From NCBI GenBank assembly GCA_965208905.1, contig OZ242365.1, forward strand, positions 1,856,001 to 1,920,000: a stretch of 64,000 nucleotides of DNA, read 5' to 3'. This DNA comes from Nitrosopumilaceae archaeon (GTDB lineage: Archaea > Thermoproteota > Nitrososphaeria > Nitrososphaerales > Nitrosopumilaceae). Each line of letters begins with the position of its first letter. Position 1 is the stretch's first letter. Shown piece by piece: positions 61,357 to 64,000 of this stretch. A program made the translations under genes and the position numbers. The notes beneath the pieces were generated by a model that saw nothing but the letters and a program-made list of their open reading frames with translations, ran no database searches and was not told where the DNA came from.

Positions 61357-64000
61357 CTATGATCCATCGCGTAATATTCTGACTGCTTCGACGTGCGAGC
61401 ATGTTGGTATAGTTCCTGGGTTACGTCTGGATGAACTTCGGAACCCCCTGCATGTACAGCGCATATTGGATACCGTGTAAGACTGGCCCGGCCTGCTGTT
61501 GGATTTCACCTCATAGGTACCGTTGGGATTGCGTATGATGCCATCTGCTGCCAGTGACCGTGCCTTCCTGTACATATCGTCACTTACTACAGGTGGTGCC
61601 AGACCGCAGTCTTGGCTCCCATCGTCACGATCCGCCGAACTAGGCGCCTCTTCAAGGTCTGGACCCACCTTGAAATCCTTATGGGGACATATTGTCTTAA
61701 AGTCGCATCCGCGACACTTGGACTCGTCTGGAGTAGGTTTGAAACTACGTTCCTTGATCATATTGACTTTTTCTATTATTCCCCTACGTGTCCCCTCCAG
61801 ATCCGCGGATCCTATGTCCACATCTTCGGTCCTTTCGGTGTCCAGGTAGTGAATGGTGGCCTTCTTGGGCAGGTATCCTAAGGCAGCCCGTACTGCATAC
61901 GCGTAGAATCTGACCTGCTCTCGGTGGTCCAGCTGGTAGTCGGCCCCCTTGTCGGTCTTGAAATCTATTATCTCCAGACTGCCCACCCTGCCGTTCCCGT
62001 CCAGCCTCTTGAGCAGATCTATACTGCCGGATATCAGCGCATCACCCAATGTAAACTCAAACCTCTTTTCGGTCTCAAGTATCCTTTCAAAGTCAGTACC
62101 GTGGACCTTCACATAGTTTTCAACCACCCGTATACCTGCCTTCCTCATGTTCTCGCTTTGTGTCCCCGGCGCAAAACGCATGTAGAACATCTTATCAAAC
62201 ATGCCTGCTATCTCGCCTCCAGTAGGAATGTGCCCGTTGCGTATGTAGTCCGAGTGTATCTTGTTAAGTATGTTGTGGATGTTGGTACCGTAGCCGAAGG
62301 CTGGGGGTACGCCGGCGTTGAACCCAATGTCATGTCTGAGCCGGTAATCATACGGACACCTTTCGTATAGTGAAAGTTCGCTGAACGATGACGGTATGGT
62401 TCCGACATGTACGGGCGGAATGGAGGCTGATGCCGATGGCAGTCTGATTTTCACGGTATCGGAAAACTCGTCCCCATCCATCTCGGCGGCAAAGCGTCGT
62501 GGGGCATACGGCTTTGTCCTAGTTTGGCCTACCTCGTGGCGGGCGGAACCTGTTATGAACAGGTACTTCTGTGAGCGCGTGACAGCCACGTAGCACGCCC
62601 GCCGATCATCCTCCTCGTCCCCACCATACCTTGCACTGTCATAGAGGTGATTGTCGACAAATATCCCTTGTGGGTATGGCCTGCGTCTTTCCTCAAACGA
62701 CGGCATGAATACTGCGGGAAACTCCAGACCCTTGGCCTTCCATATGGTCATTATCCTTACCGCGTCTGCCAGCCCGGGATCAGCATGTAACGTGTCGCCG
62801 TAGTTGGAATCGGCAAACATCCTGACGAACCATTTCAGACCTGCCACCTCCCTCGCCCTCAGGGACCTGTACACGTATTCATAGTCACCTATGACCCTAC
62901 TCAGGACGGCCAGACCATACAGGTCCATTTCGGAAAGCCTACCTGCCTCCGCCCCCATGATATTCAGTATGTGGTGGTAGAACTCCTGCAGTCCCAGTCC
63001 ACCTAGATAGTCCCGGCTCCCACCGGCCGATATGGCTGCCGCCCTTTGCCTAACATGCTCCAGATTGATGGCAAAGGCTTCTACGTCCCCTTTTGCTACC
63101 GCCATCCCGTATCGCCTCACAAGATCCTCAGGATCCGGAACATCATCAATGTTATATCCGTTGTGGCCGAATGCATAGAATATGCAGTCCAGCGCCAGCA
63201 CCACTATGTCGCTCCCGAATACGCTGGTACCACTGTCCGCAACGTAGGGTATGTCGTGTTCGGCGAGATACCCGGCCACACTGGCGGCATCGCCGTTGGT
63301 ACGTACTATTATGGCCATGTCTGCATAGGACAGGCGGCGCTCCCGACCATCCCTGTCCGAAAATGTAGCATGATGAAGTCCGTTAATCGTACTGACGATG
63401 AAGTCGAACTCTTCTGTATCCGTGTCGAAGTGACGGTGTACAATATCGCCCGACTCGAAGTGGTTTCTCCTCCCTGTATTGGCATCCATCATCTTTGGGA
63501 TGCGTATCGTATTGTTTCTAATCAGGCGGGATGCTACGTTTATCAATCCACCCGTGGCCCTGTAATTTACCTCCAGCTTCTTGGTTGTAACACCGTATCC
63601 GGAGTACTTCTTGTCAAAAGCCCGTATGTGGTGTATACTACTGCCCCTCCACTGGAATATGTTCTGGTCGTCATCACCTACCACGCAGACAGACACTGCT
63701 CCCTCCGAGAGAGCCTCCAGAAGGTCCTCCTGCAGTCCGTTTACGTCCTGATATTCGTCAAACACTACATGCCGTACATGCTCCCTGACGTACCTACGGA
63801 CTTCGTCCTGTTTCATGACCTCCAGCAGTGTAGATATTGTTGAGGCAAAATCAAAGAACCTTTCATCCCTGATCTTTTCTAGATATCTTTCATAACAGCC
63901 GGCAAATACCTTGTTTGATACCTTTGATACGTCCACCTTTTCTGTGATCATAATATCTACACTGGAACAGAATTTTCTGATGGTCCTCCACTTTCCACTG
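61357..64000 (-). CDS. UvrD/PcrA-like helicase fused to PD-(D/E)XK nuclease and SWIM finger (5' end outside the window)
   Basis: DEYQD, VGDDDQNI, NYR, TIWKAKGLEF and YVAVTR. Then CPY...IDLL...IDFKT...CRGCDFKTIC and CTC...CSH. Walker A is not in the window. Confidence 0.92.
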   Translation of the reverse strand, partial: SGKWRTIRKFCSSVDIMITEKVDVSKVSNKVFAGCYERYLEKIRDERFFDFASTISTLLEVMKQDEVRRYVREHVRHVVFDEYQDVNGLQEDLLEALSEGAVSVCVVGDDDQNIFQWRGSSIHHIRAFDKKYSGYGVTTKKLEVNYRATGGLINVASRLIRNNTIRIPKMMDANTGRRNHFESGDIVHRHFDTDTEEFDFIVSTINGLHHATFSDRDGRERRLSYADMAIIVRTNGDAASVAGYLAEHDIPYVADSGTSVFGSDIVVLALDCIFYAFGHNGYNIDDVPDPEDLVRRYGMAVAKGDVEAFAINLEHVRQRAAAISAGGSRDYLGGLGLQEFYHHILNIMGAEAGRLSEMDLYGLAVLSRVIGDYEYVYRSLRAREVAGLKWFVRMFADSNYGDTLHADPGLADAVRIMTIWKAKGLEFPAVFMPSFEERRRPYPQGIFVDNHLYDSARYGGDEEDDRRACYVAVTRSQKYLFITGSARHEVGQTRTKPYAPRRFAAEMDGDEFSDTVKIRLPSASASIPPVHVGTIPSSFSELSLYERCPYDYRLRHDIGFNAGVPPAFGYGTNIHNILNKIHSDYIRNGHIPTGGEIAGMFDKMFYMRFAPGTQSENMRKAGIRVVENYVKVHGTDFERILETEKRFEFTLGDALISGSIDLLKRLDGNGRVGSLEIIDFKTDKGADYQLDHREQVRFYAYAVRAALGYLPKKATIHYLDTERTEDVDIGSADLEGTRRGIIEKVNMIKERSFKPTPDESKCRGCDFKTICPHKDFKVGPDLEEAPSSADRDDGSQDCGLAPPVVSDDMYRKARSLAADGIIRNPNGTYEVKSNSRPGQSYTVSNMRCTCRGFRSSSRRNPGTIPTCSHVEAVRILRDGS

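Noticed and set aside
1-64000. tRNA or rRNA genes
   Set aside because: None recognised by eye. tRNAscan-SE or Infernal would be needed to exclude small RNAs.

Overview
Archaeal DNA, most consistent with a Nitrosopumilaceae-type thaumarchaeote (thaumarchaeosortase, SRP19, Gar1, TFB, Nre). A host-associated lifestyle is only an inference from the heavy IS decay and giant repeat proteins. Core genes (nre, sortase, Y-family polymerase, thiC, tyrA/CM-aminotransferase/aroC, srp19-gar1-tfb-sufC, UbiA, FNT) alternate with accessory DNA. The accessory DNA includes IS481, IS630, IS3 and IS110 copies or remnants, an IS630-derived MITE family, two inverted paralogous giant LVIVD/DUF285 surface-protein genes, an AbiE-like pair and a TnpB. 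It ends in a defence-like island (C5-MTase, Vsr, NurA, HerA, GHKL ATPase-histidine kinase fusion, UvrD-nuclease). The strongest unexplained signals are four. (1) Two diverged paralogous small genes switch from frame 0 to +1 at the same aligned position, and each sits inside an inverted-repeat-bounded element. (2) A family of modular GTGACC-based inverted ends occurs at 23.5, 41.1-41.8, 47.1-47.5 and 49.1-49.3 kb. (3) An intact TnpB is bounded by true terminal inverted repeats. (4) The MTase-Vsr-NurA-HerA-GHKL/HK operon. All alignments were done by eye and no database search was run.
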